Shown here: positions 39,001 to 54,000 of the stretch, one piece after another
How the letters are laid out: each line of letters starts with the position of its first letter
How positions within the stretch are numbered: position 1 is the first letter of the stretch
Translations under genes and position numbers: made by a program
Notes under the pieces: model-generated
The model's database searches: none
Told to the model about the DNA's origin: nothing
The model's input: only the letters and a program-made list of their open reading frames with translations
Assembly (NCBI GenBank): GCA_964016885.1
Contig: OZ024743.1
Coordinates: 305,784,001-305,848,000 of the forward strand
Length of the DNA: 64,000 nt
Direction of reading: 5' to 3'
From: Eledone cirrhosa
Lineage: Eukaryota

Positions 39001-42000
39001 ACAGAGATGGTCTATATCTCTATGTACACTATATATTCCTTAGAGAACAGAGATGGTCTATATCTCTAGGTACAGTATATATACCTTAGCAAACAGAGAT
39101 GGTCTATATCTCTAGGTACAGTATATATAGCCTAGAGAACAGAGATGTCTATATCTCTAGGTACAGTATATATACCCTAGACAACAGAGATGGTCTACAT
39201 GTCTAGGTACAATATATATACCTTAAAGAAGAGAGATGGTCTATATCTCTAGGTACAGTTTATATACCTTTGAGAACAGAGATGGTCTATATCTCTAGGT
39301 ACAGTATATATACCCTAGAGAAGAGAGATGGTCTATATCTCTAGGTACAGTATATATACCCTAGAGAACAGAGATGGTCTATATGTCTAGATACAGTATA
39401 TATACCTTAGAGAACAGAGATAGTCTATATCTCTAGGTACAGTATATATACCCTAGAGAACAGAGATAGTCTATATCTCTAGGTACAGTTTATATACCTT
39501 TGAGAACAGAGATGGTCTATATCTCTAGGTACAGTATATATACCCTAGAGAAGAGAGATGGTCTATATCTCTAGGTACAGTATATATACCCTAGAGAACA
39601 GAGATGGTCTATATCTCTAGGCACAGTATATATACCCTAGAAAACAGAGATGGTCTATATGTCTAAGTAGAGTATATATACCCTAGAGAACAGTGATGGT
39701 CTATATCTCTAGGTACAGTATATATACCCTAGAGAACAGAGATGGTCTATATCTCTAGATAGAGTATATATACCCTAGAGAACAGATTTGGTCTATATCT
39801 CTAGGTACAGTATATATACGTTAGAGAACAGAGATGTCTATATGTCTAGGTACAATATATATACCCTAGAGAACAGAGATGATCTATATCTCTAGGTACA
39901 CTATATATACCCTAGAGAACAGTGATGGTCTATATCTCTAGGTATTTTATATATAACTTAGAGAACAGAGATGGTCTATATAGGAACAATATATATACCC
40001 TAGAGAACAGAGATAGTCTATATCTCTAGGTACAGTATATATACCCTAGAGAACAGATATGGTCTATATCTCTAGGTATATTTTATATACCTTAGAGAAC
40101 AGAGATGGTCTATATCTCTAGGTACACTATATATACCTTAGAGAACAGAGATGGTCTATATCTCTAGGTACAGTATATATACCTTAGAGAACAGAGATAG
40201 TCTATATCTCTAGGTACAGTTTATATACCTGTGAGAACAGAGATGGTCTATATCTCTAGGTAGAGTATATATACCTTAGAGAACAGAGGTGGTCTATATC
40301 GCTAGGTACAGTATATATACCTTAGCGAACAGAAATGGTCTATATCTCTAGGTACAGTATATATAGCCTAGAGAATCGAGATGTCTATATCTCTAGGCAC
40401 AGTATATATATACCCTAGAAAACAGAGATGGTCTATATGTCTAAGTACAGTATATATACCCTAGAGAACAGTGATGGTCTATATCTCTAGGTACAGTATA
40501 TATACCCTAGAGAACAGAGATGGTCTATATCTCTAGATAGAGTATATATACCCTAGAGAACAGATTTGGTCTATATATCTAGGTACAGTATATATACCTT
40601 AGAGAACAGAGATAGTCTATATCTCTAGGTACGGTATATATACCTTAGAGAACAGAGATGTCTATATGTCTAGGTACAATATATATACCCTAGAGAACAG
40701 AGATGATCTATATCTCTAGGTACACTATATATACCCTAGAGAACAGTGATGGTCTATATCTCTAGGTATTTTATATATAACTTAGGGAACAGAGATGGTC
40801 TATATAGGAACAATATATATACCCTAGAGAACAGAGATAGTCTATATCTCTAGGTACAGTATATATACCCTAGAGAACAGAGATGGTATATATCTCTAGG
40901 TACAGTATATATACCCTAGTGAACAGAGATGATCTATATGTCCAGGTACACTATATATACCTTCGAGAACAGAGATGTCTATATCTCTAGGTACTGTATA
41001 TTTACCCTAGAGAACAGAGATAGTCTATATGTCTAGGTACAGTATATATGCCCTAGAGAACAGAGATTGTCTATATGTCTAGATACAGTATATATACCCT
41101 AGAGCACAGAGATAGTCTATATCTCTAGGTACAGTATATATACCTTAGAGAACAGAGATGGTCTATATGTCTAGGTACAATATATATACCTTAAAGAAGA
41201 GAGATGGTCTATATATCTAGGTACAGTATATATACCCTAGAGAACAGAAATGTCTATATCTCTAGGTACAGTATATATACTCGAGAGAACAGAGATGGTC
41301 TATATGTCTAGGTACAATATATATACCTTAAAGAAGAGAGATGGTCTATATCTCTAGGTACAGTATATATGCCCTAGAGAACAGAGATGGTCTATATCTC
41401 TAGGTATATTTTATATACATTAGAGAACAGAGATGGTCTATATCTCTAGGTACACTATATATACCTTAGAGAACAGAGATGGTCTATATCTCTAGGTACA
41501 GTATATATACCTTAGAGAACAGAGATAGTCTATATCTCTAGGTACAGTTTATATACCTTTGAGAATAGAGATGGTCTATATCTCTAGGTACAGTATATAT
41601 ACCTTAGAGAACAGAGGTGGTCTATATCGCTAGGTACAGTATATATACCTTAAAGAAGATAGATGGTCTATATCTCTAGGTACAGTATATATACCCTAGA
41701 GAACAGAGATGTCGATATCTCTAGGTACAGTGTATATACTTGAGAGAACAGATATGGTCTATATGGGTACGTACAGTATATACCTTAGAGAACAGAGATG
41801 GTCTATATCTCTAGGTACACTATATATTCCTTAGAGAACAGAGATGGTCTATATTTCTAGGTACACTATATATACCTTAGAGAACAGAGATGGTCTATAT
41901 CTCTAGGTACAGTATATATATCTTAGAGACATAGATAGTCTATATCTCTAGGTACAGTATATATACCAGAGAGAACAGAGATGGTCTATATCTCTAGGTA

Positions 42001-45000
42001 CAGTATATATACCCTAGAGAACAGAGATGTCTATATCTCTAGGTACAGTGTATATACTTGAGAGAACAGATATGGTCTATATGGGTACGTACAGTATATA
42101 CCTTAGAGAACAGAGATGGTCTATATGTCTATGTACACTATATATTCCTTAGAGAACAGAGATGGTCTATATCTCTAGGTACAGTATATATACCTTAGCA
42201 AACAGAGATGGTCTATATCTCTAGGTACAGTATATATAGTCTAGAGAACAGAGATGTCTATATCTCTAGGTACAGTATATATACCCTAGACAACAGAGAT
42301 GGTCTACATGTCTAGGTACAATATATATACCTTAAAGAAGAGAGATGGTCTATATCTCTAGGTACAGTATATATACCCTAGAGAACAGAGATTGTCTATA
42401 TGTCTAGATACAGTATATATACCTTAGAGAACAGAGATAGTCTATATCTCTAGGTACAGTATATATACCCTAGAGAACAGAGATAGTCTATATCTCTAGG
42501 TACAGTTTATATACCTTTGAGAACAGAGATGGTCTATATCTCTAGATAGAGTATATATACCCTAGAGAACAGATTTGGTCTATATCTCTAGGTACAGTAT
42601 ATATACCTTAGATAACAGAGATGTCTATATGTCTAGGTACAATATATATACCCTAGAGAACAGAGATGATCTATATCTCTAGGTACACTATATATACCCT
42701 AGAGAACAGTGATGGTCTATATCTCTAGTTATTTTATATATAACTTAGAGAACAGAGATGGTCTATATAGGAACAATATATATACCCTAGAGAACAGAGA
42801 TAGTCTATATCTCTAGGTACAGTATATATACCCTAGAGAACAGAGATGGTCTATATCTCTAGGTATATTTTATATACCTTAGAGAACAGAGATGGTCTAT
42901 ATCTCTAGGTACACTATATATACCTTAGAGAACAGAGATGGTCTATATCTCTAGGTACAGTATATATACCTTAGAGAACAGAGATAGTCTATATCTCTAG
43001 GTACAGTTTATATACCTTTGAAAACAGAGATGGTCTATATCTCTAGGTACAGTATATATACCTTAGAGAACAGAGGTGGTCTATATCGCTAGGTACAGTA
43101 TATATACCTTAGCGAACAGAAATGGTCTATATCTCTAGGTACAGTATATATAGCCTAGAGAATCGAGATGTCTATATCTCTAGGTACAGTATATATACCC
43201 TAGAGAACAGATATGGTCTATATGTCTAGGTACAGTATATATACCCTAGAGAGGAGAGATGGTCTATATCTCTAGATACAGTATATATACCCTAGAGAAC
43301 AGAGATGGTCTATATCTCTCGGTACAGTATATATACCCTAGAGAACAGAGATGGTCTATATCTCTAGATAGAGTATATATACCCTAGAGAACAGATTTGG
43401 TCTATATATCTAGGTACAGTATATATACCTTAGAGAACAGAGATAGTCTATATCTCTAGGTACAGTATATATACCTTAGAGAACAGAGATGTCTATATGT
43501 CTAGGTACAATATATATACCCTAGAGAACAGAGATGATCTATATCTCTAGGTACACTATATATACCCTAGAGAACAGTGATGGTCTATATCTCTAGGTAT
43601 TTTATATATAACTTAGGGAACAGAGATGGTCTATATAGGAACAATATATATACCCTAGAGAACAGAGATATGCTATATCTCTAGGTACAGTATATATACC
43701 CTAGAGAACAGAGATGGTATATATCTCTAGGTACAGTATATATACCCTAGTGAACAGAGATGATCTATATGTCCAGGTACACTATATATACCTTCGAGAA
43801 CAGAGATGTCTATATCTCTAGGTACTGTATATTTACCCTAGAGAACAGAGATAGTCTATATGTCTAGGTACAGTATATATGCCCTAGAGAACAGAGATTG
43901 TCTATATGTCTAGATACAGTATATATACCCTAGAGAACAGAGATAGTCTATATCTCTAGGTACAGTATATATACCTTAGAGAACAGAGATGGTCTATATG
44001 TCTAGGTACAATATATATACCTTAAAGAAGAGAGATGGTCTATATATCTAGGTACAGTATATATATCCTAGAGAACAGAAATGTCTATATCTCTAGGTAC
44101 AGTATATATACTCGAGAGAACAGAGATGGTCTATATGTCTAGGTACAATATATATACCTTAAAGAAGAGAGATGGTCTATATCTCTAGGTACAGTATATA
44201 TGCCCTAGAGAACAGAGATGGTCTATATCTCTAGGTATATTTTATATACATTAGAGAACAGAGATGGTCTATATCTCTAGGTATACTATATATACCTTAG
44301 AGAACAGAGATGGTCTATATCTCTAGGTACAGTATATATACCTTACAGAACAGAGATAGTCTATATCTCTAGGTACAGTTTATATACCTTTGAGAACAGA
44401 GATGGTCTATATCTCTAGGTACAGTATATATACCTTAGAGAACAGAGGTGGTCTATATCGCTAGGTACAGTATATATACCTTAGCGAACAGAGATGGTCT
44501 ATATCTCTAGGTACAGTATATATAGCCTAGAGAATCGAGATGTCTATATCTCTAGGTACAGTATATATACCCTAGAGAACAGAGATGGTCTATATCTCTA
44601 GGTACAGTATATATACCCTAGAGAACAGATATGGTCTATATCTCTAGGTACAGTATATATACCCTAGAGAACAGAGATGGTCTATATGTCTAGGTACAGT
44701 ATATATACCCTAGAGAACAGAGATGGTCTATATCTCTAGGTACAGTATATATACCCTAGAGAACAGAGATGGTCTATATGTCTAAGTACAGTATATATAC
44801 CCTAGAGAACAGTGATGGTCTATATCTCTAGGTACAGTATATATACCTTAGAGAACAGAGATGGTCTATATCTCTAGGTACAGTATATATACCCTAGTGA
44901 ACAGAGATGGTCTATATGTCCAGGTACACTATATAAACCTTCGAGAACAGAGATGGTCTATATCTCTAGGTACAGTATATTTACCCTAGAGAACAGAGAT

Positions 45001-48000
45001 AGTCCATATCTCTAGGTACAGTATATATAGCCTAGAGAAGAGAGATGGTCTATATGTCTAGGTACAGTATATATACCCTAGAGAACAGATTTGGTCTATA
45101 TCTCTAGGTACAGTATATATACCTTCGAGAACAGAGATGGCCTATATCTCTAGGTACAGTATATATACCCTAGAGCACAGAGATGTCTATATCTCTAGGT
45201 ACAGTATATATAGCCTAGAGAACAGAGATGGTCTATATGTCTAGGTAGAGTATATATACCCTAGAGAACAGAGATGGTCTATTTCTCTAGGTACAGTATA
45301 TATACCCTAGAGAACAGAGATGGTCTATATCTCCTGGTACAGTATATATACCTTAGAGAACAGAGGTGGTCTATATCGCTAGGTACAGTATATATACCTT
45401 AGCGAACAGAGATCGTCTATATCTCTAGGTACGGTATATATAGCCTAGAGAATAGAGATGTCTATATCTCTAGGTACAGTATATATACCCTAGAGAACAG
45501 ATATGGTCTATATCTCTAGGTAGAGTATATATACCCTAGAGAACAGAGATGGTCTATATGTCTGGGTACAGCATATATACCCTAGAGAACAGAGATGGTC
45601 TATATCTCTAGGTACAGTATATATACCCTAGAGAACAGAGATGGTCTATATCTCTAGATACAGTATATATACCCTAGAGAACAGATTTGGTCTATATATC
45701 AAGGTACAGTATATATACCTTAGAGAACAGAGAAGGTCTATATCTCTAGGTACAGTATATATACCTTAGAGAACAGAGATGGTCTATATGTCTAGGTACA
45801 ATATATATACCCTAGAGAACAGATTTGGTCTATATCTCTAGGTACAGTATATATACCTTCGAGAACAGAGATGGCCTATATCTCTAGGTACAGTATATAT
45901 ACCCTAGAGCACAGAGATGGTCTATATCTCTAGGTACAGTATATATACCTTAGAGAACAGAGATGGTCTCTATGTCTAGATACAGTATATATACCTTAGA
46001 GAACAGAGATAGTCTATATCTCTAGGTACAGTATCTATACCTTAGAGAACATAGATTGTCTATATCTCTGGGTACAGTATGTTTACCCTAGAGAACAGAG
46101 ATGATCTATATCTCTAGGTACAGTATATATACCTTAGAGAACAGAGATGGTCTATATGTCTAGGTACAGTATATATACCTTAAAGAAGAGAGATGGTCTA
46201 TATCTCTAGGTACAGTATATATACCTTAAAGAACAGAGATGGTCTATATGTCTAAGTACAGTGTATATACCCAAGAGAACAGAGATGGTCTATATCTCTA
46301 GGTACACTATATATATCCTAGAGAACAGAGATGGTCTATATGTCTATGTACAGTATATATACCATAGAGAACAGAGATGGTCTATATCTCTAGGTACAGT
46401 ATATATACCCTAGAGAACAGAGATGGTCTATATGTCTAGGTACAATATATATACCTTAAAGAAGAGAGATGGTCTATATCTCTATGTACACTATATATAC
46501 GCTAGAGAACAGATATGGTCTATAAGTCTAGGTACAGTATATATACCTTAGAGAACAGAGATGCTCTATATCTCTAGGTATACTATATATACCTTAGAGG
46601 ACAGTGATAGTCTATATCTCTAGGTACAGTATATATACCTTTGAGAACTGAGATGGTCTATATCTCTGGTACAGTATATATACCTTAGAGAAGAGAGATG
46701 GTCTAGTTCTCTAGGTTCAGTATATATACCCTAGAGAACAGAGATGATCTATATGTCTAGGTACAGTATATATACCATAGAGAACAGAGGTGGTCTATAT
46801 CGCTATGTACAGTATATATACCTTAGCGAACAGAGATGGTCTATATCTCTAGGTACAGTATATATAGCCTAGAGAATCGAGATGTCTATATCTCTAGGTA
46901 CAGTATATATACCCTAGAGAACAGAGATGGTCTATATCTCTAGGTACAGTATATATACCCTAGAGAACAGATATGGTCTATATCTCTAGGTACAGTATAT
47001 ATACCCTAGAGAACAGAGATGGTCTATATGTCTAGGTACAGTATATATACCCTAGAGAACAGAGATGGTCTATATCTCTAGGTACAGTATATATACCCTA
47101 GAGAACAGAGATGGTCTATATGTCTAAGTACAGTATATATACCCTAGAGAACAGTGATGGTCTATATCTCTAGGTACAGTATATATACCTTAGAGAACAG
47201 AGATGGTCTATATCTCTATGTACAGTATATATACCCTAGTGAACAGAGATGGTCTATATGTCCAGGTACACTATATAAACCTTCGAGAACAGAGATGGTC
47301 TATATCTCTAGGTACAGTATATTTACCCTAGAGAACAGAGATAGTCCATATCTCTAGGTACAGTATATATAGCCTAGAGAAGAGAGATGGTCTATATGTC
47401 TAGGTACAGTATATATACCCTAGAGAACAGATTTGGTCTATATCTCTAGGTACAGTATATATACCTTCGAGAACAGAGATGGCCTATATCTCTAGGTACA
47501 GTATATATACCCTAGAGCACAGAGATGTCTATATCTCTAGGTACAGTATATATAGCCTAGAGAACAGAGATGGTCTATATGTCTAGGTAGAGTATATATA
47601 CCCTAGAGAACAGAGATGGTCTATTTCTCTAGGTACAGTATATATACCCTAGAGAACAGAGATGGTCTATATCTCCTGGTACAGTATATATACCTTAGAG
47701 AACAGAGGTGGTCTATATCGCTAGGTACAGTATATATACCTTAGCGAACAGAGATCGTCTATATCTCTAGGTACGGTATATATAGCCTAGAGAATAGAGA
47801 TGTCTATATCTCTAGGTACAGTATATATACCCTAGAGAACAGATATGGTCTATATCTCTAGGTAGAGTATATATACCCTAGAGAACAGAGATGGTCTATA
47901 TGTCTGGGTACAGCATATATACCCTAGAGAACAGAGATGGTCTATATCTCTAGGTACAGTATATATACCCTAGAGAACAGAGATGGTCTATATCTCTAGA

Positions 48001-51000
48001 TACAGTATATATAACCTAGAGAACAGATTTGGTCTATATATCAAGGTACAGTATATATACCTTAGAGAACAGAGAAGGTCTATATCTCTAGGTACAGTAT
48101 ATATACCTTAGAGAACAGAGATGGTCTATATGTCTAGGTACAGTATATATACCCTAGAGAACAGATTTGGTCTATATCTCTAGGTACAGTATATATACCT
48201 TCGAGAACAGAGATGGCCTATATCTCTAGGTACAGTATATATACCCTAGAGCACAGAGATGGTCTATATCTCTAGGTACAGTATATATACCTTAGAGAAC
48301 AGAGATGGTCTCTATGTCTAGATACAGTATATATACCTTAGAGAACAGAGATAGTCTATATCTCTAGGTACAGTATCTATACCTTAGAGAACATAGATTG
48401 TCTATATCTCTGGGTACAGTATGTTTACCCTAGAGAACAGAGATGATCTATATCTCTAGGTACAGTATATATACCTTAGAGAACAGAGATGGTCTATATG
48501 TCTAGGTACAGTATATATACCTTAAAGAAGAGAGATGGTCTATATCTCTAGGTACAGTATATATACCTTAAAGAACAGAGATGGTCTATATGTCTAAGTA
48601 CAGTGTATATACCCAAGAGAACAGAGATGGTCTATATCTCTAGGTACACTATATATATCCTAGAGAACAGAGATGGTCTATATGTCTATGTACAGTATAT
48701 ATACCATAGAGAACAGAGATGGTCTATATCTCTAGGTACAGTATATATACCCTAGAGAACAGAGATGGTCTATATGTCTAGGTACAATATATATACCTTA
48801 AAGAAGAGAGATGGTCTATATCTCTATGTACACTATATATACGCTAGAGAACAGATATGGTCTATAAGTCTAGGTACAGTATATATACCTTAGAGAACAG
48901 AGATGCTCTATATCTCTAGGTATACTATATATACCTTAGAGGACAGTGATAGTCTATATCTCTAGGTACAGTATATATACCTTTGAGAACTGAGATGGTC
49001 TATATCTCTGGTACAGTATATATACCTTAGAGAAGAGAGATGGTCTAGTTCTCTAGGTTCAGTATATATACCCTAGAGAACAGAGATGATCTATATGTCT
49101 AGGTACAGTATATATACCATAGAGAACAGAGATGGTCTATATCTATAGGTACAGTATATATACCTTAGAGAACAGAGATGGTCTATAATTCTAGGTACAG
49201 TATATATACCCTAGTAACAGAGATAGTCTATATGTCTAGGTACAGTATATATACCTTAGAGAACAGAGATGGTCTCTATGTCTAGATACAGTATATATAC
49301 CTTAGAGAACAGAGATAGTCTATATCTCTAGGTACAGTATCTATACCTTAGAGAACATAGATTGTCTATATCTCTGGGTACAGTATGTTTACCCTAGAGA
49401 ACAGAGATGGTCTATATGTCTAGGTACAGTATATATACCTTAAAGAAGAGAGATGGTCTATATCTCTAGGTACAGTATATATACCTTAAAGAACAGAGAT
49501 GGTCTATATGTCTAAGTACAGTGTATATACCCAAGAGAACAGAGATGGTCTATATCTCTAGGTACACTATATATATCCTAGAGAACAGAGATGGTCTATA
49601 TGTCTATGTACAGTATATATACCATAGAGAACAGAGATGGTCTATATCTCTAGGTACAGTATATATACCCTAGAGAACAGAGATGGTCTATATGTCTAGG
49701 TACAATATATATACCTTAAAGAAGAGAGATGGTCTATATCTCTATGTACACTATATATACGCTAGAGAACAGATATGGTCTATAAGTCTAGGTACAGTAT
49801 ATATACCTTAGAGAACAGAGATGCTCTATATCTCTAGGTACACTATATATACCTTAGAGGACAGTGATAGTCTATATCTCTAGGTACAGTATATATACCT
49901 TTGAGAACTGAGATGGTCTATATCTCTGGTACAGTATATATACCTTAGAGAAGAGAGATGGTCTAGTTCTCTAGGTTCAGTATATATACCCTAGAGAACA
50001 GAGATGATCTATATGTCTAGGTACAGTATATATACCATAGAGAACAGAGATGGTCTATATCTATAGGTACAGTATATATACCTTAGAGAACAGAGATGGT
50101 CTATATTTCTAGGTACAGTATATATACCCTAGTAACAGAGATAGTATATATGTCTAGGTACAGTATATATACCTTAGAGAACAGAGATAGTCTATATCTC
50201 TAGATACACTATATATACCCTAGAGAACAGAGATGGTCTATATGTCTAGTTACAGTATATCTACCCTAGAGAACAGATTTGGTCTATATCTTTACGTACA
50301 GTATATATACCTTCGAGAACAGAGATGGCCTATATCTCTAGGTACTATATATATACCTTAGAGAACAGAGATGGTCTCTATGTCTAGATACAGTATATAT
50401 ACCTAAGAGAACAGAGATAGTCTATATCTCTAGGTACAGTATATATACCTTAGAGAACATAGATGGTATATACCTCTGGGTACAGTATGTTTACCCTAGA
50501 GAACAGAGATAGACTATATCTCTCGGTACAGTATATATACCCTAGAGAAGAGAGATGGTCTATATATCTAGGTACAGTATAAATACCCGAGAAAACAGAG
50601 ATGGTCTACATCTCTAGGTACAGTATATATACCCTAGAGAACAGAGATGGTCTATATGTCTAGGTACAGTATATATACCTTAATGAAGAGAGATGGTCTA
50701 TATCTCTAGGTATAGTATATATACCCTAGAGAAGAGAGATGGTCTATATCTCTAGGTAGAGTATATATACCCTAGAGAAGAGAGATGGTCTATATCTCTA
50801 GGTACAGTATAAATACCCTAGAGAACAGAGATGGTCTATATCTCTAGGTACGGTATATATACCTTAAAGAAGAGAGATGGTCTATATCTCTAGGTACAGT
50901 ATATATACCTTAAAGAACAGAGATGGTCTATATGTCTAAGTACAGTGTATATACCCTAGAGAACAGAGATGGTCTATATCTCTAGGTAAACTATATATAT

Positions 51001-54000
51001 CCTAGAGAACAGAGATGGTCTGTATGTCTAGGTACAGTATATATACCATAGAGAACAGAGATGGTCTATATCTCTAGGTACACTATATATACCCTAGAGA
51101 ACAGAGATGGTCTATATCTCTAGGTACAGTATATATACCCTAGAAACAGAGATAGTCTATATGTCTAGGTACAGTATATATACCTTAGAGAACAGAGATG
51201 GTCTATATCTCTAGGTACAGTATATATACCTTAGAGAACAGAGATGGTCTATATGTCTAGATACAGTATATATACCTTAGAGAACAGAGATGGTCTATAT
51301 CTCTAGGTACAGTATATATAGCCTAGAGAACAGAGATGGTCTATATCTCTAGGTACAGTATAAATACCCTAGAGAACAGAGATGGTCTATATCTCTAGGT
51401 ACAGTATATATAGCCTAGAGAACAGAGATGGTCTATATGTCTAGGTACAGTATATATACCTTAAATAAAAGAGATGGTCTGTATCTCTAGGTACAGTATA
51501 TATACCTTAAAGAAGTGAGATGGTCTATATCTCTAGGTACAGAATATATACCCTAGAGAACAGATTTGGTCTATATCTCTAGGTACAGTATATATACCTT
51601 CGAGAACAGAGATGGCCTGTATCTCTAGGTACTGTATATATACCCTAGAGAACAGAGATGGTCTATAACTCTAGGTACAGTATATATACCTTAGAGAACA
51701 GAGATGGTCTCTATGTCTAGATACAGTATATATACCTTAGAGAACAGAGATGGTCTATATCTCTAGGTACAGTATATATAGCCTAGAGAACAGAGATGGT
51801 CTATATCTCTAGGTACAGTATATATAGCCTAGAGAATCGAGATGTCTATATCTCTAGGTACAGTATATATACCCTAGAGAACAGAGATGGTCTATATCTC
51901 TAGGTACAGTATATATACCCTAGAGAACAGATATGGTCTATATCTCTAGGTACAGTATATATACCCTAGAGAACAGAGATGGTCTATATGTCTAGGTACA
52001 GTATATATACCCTAGAGAACAGAGATGGTCTATATCTCTAGGTACAGTATATATACCCTAGAGAACAGAGATGGTCTATATGTCTAAGTACAGTATATAT
52101 ACCCTAGAGAACAGTGATGGTCTATATCTCTAGGTACAGTATATATACCTTAGAGAACAGAGATGGTCTATATCTCTAGGTACAGTATATATACCCTAGT
52201 GAACAGAGATGGTCTATATGTCCAGGTACACTATATAAACCTTCGAGAACAGAGATGGTCTATATCTCTAGGTACAGTATATTTACCCTAGAGAACAGAG
52301 ATAGTCCATATCTCTAGGTACAGTATATATAGCCTAGAGAAGAGAGATGGTCTATATGTCTAGGTACAGTATATATACCCTAGAGAACAGATTTGGTCTA
52401 TATCTCTAGGTACAGTATATATACCTTCGAGAACAGAGATGGCCTATATCTCTAGGTACAGTATATATACCCTAGAGCACAGAGATGTCTATATCTCTAG
52501 GTACAGTATATATACCCTAGAGAACAGAGATGGTCTATTTCTCTAGGTACAGTATATATACCCTAGAGAACAGAGATGGTCTATATCTCTTGGTACAGTA
52601 TATATACCTTAGAGAACAGAGGTGGTCTATATCGCTAGGTACAGTATATATACCTTAGCGAACAGAGATCGTCTATATCTCTAGGTACGGTATATATAGC
52701 CTAGAGAATAGAGATGTCTATATCTCTAGGTACAGTATATATACCCTAGAGAACAGATATGGTCTATATCTCTAGGTAGAGTATATATACCCTAGAGAAC
52801 AGAGATGGTCTATATGTCTGGGTACAGCATATATACCCTAGAGAACAGAGATGGTCTATATCTCTAGGTACAGTATATATACCCTAGAGAACAGAGATGG
52901 TCTATATCTCTAGATACAGTATATATACCCTAGAGAACAGATTTGGTCTATATATCAAGGTACAGTATATATACCTTAGAGAACAGAGAAGGTCTATATC
53001 TCTAGGTACAGTATATATACCTTAGAGAACAGAGATGGTCTATATGTCTAGGTACAGTATATATACCCTAGAGAACAGATTTGGTCTATATCTCTAGGTA
53101 CAGTATATATACCTTCGAGAACAGAGATGGCCTATATCTCTAGGTACAGTATATATACCCTAGAGCACAGAGATGGTCTATATCTCTAGGTACAGTATAT
53201 ATACCTTAGAGAACAGAGATGGTCTCTATGTCTAGATACAGTATATATACCTTAGAGAACAGAGATAGTCTATATCTCTAGGTACAGTATCTATACCTTA
53301 GAGAACATAGATTGTCTATATCTCTGGGTACAGTATGTTTACCCTAGAGAACAGAGATGATCTATATCTCTAGGTACAGTATATATACCTTAGAGAACAG
53401 AGATGGTCTATATGTCTAGGTACAGTATATATACCTTAAAGAAGAGAGATGGTCTATATCTCTAGGTACAGTATATATACCTTAAAGAACAGAGATGGTC
53501 TATATGTCTAAGTACAGTGTATATACCCAAGAGAACAGAGATGGTCTATATCTCTAGGTACACTATATATATCCTAGAGAACAGAGATGGTCTATATGTC
53601 TATGTACAGTATATATACCATAGAGAACAGAGATGGTCTATATCTCTAGGTACAGTATATATACCCTAGAGAACAGAGATGGTCTATATGTCTAGGTACA
53701 ATATATATACCTTAAAGAAGAGAGATGGTCTATATCTCTATGTACACTATATATACGCTAGAGAACAGATATGGTCTATAAGTCTAGGTACAGTATATAT
53801 ACCTTAGAGAACAGAGATGCTCTATATCTCTAGGTACACTATATATACCTTAGAGGACAGTGATAGTCTATATCTCTAGGTACAGTATATATACCTTTGA
53901 GAACTGAGATGGTCTATATCTCTGGTACAGTATATATACCTTAGAGAAGAGAGATGGTCTAGTTCTCTAGGTTCAGTATATATACCCTAGAGAACAGAGA

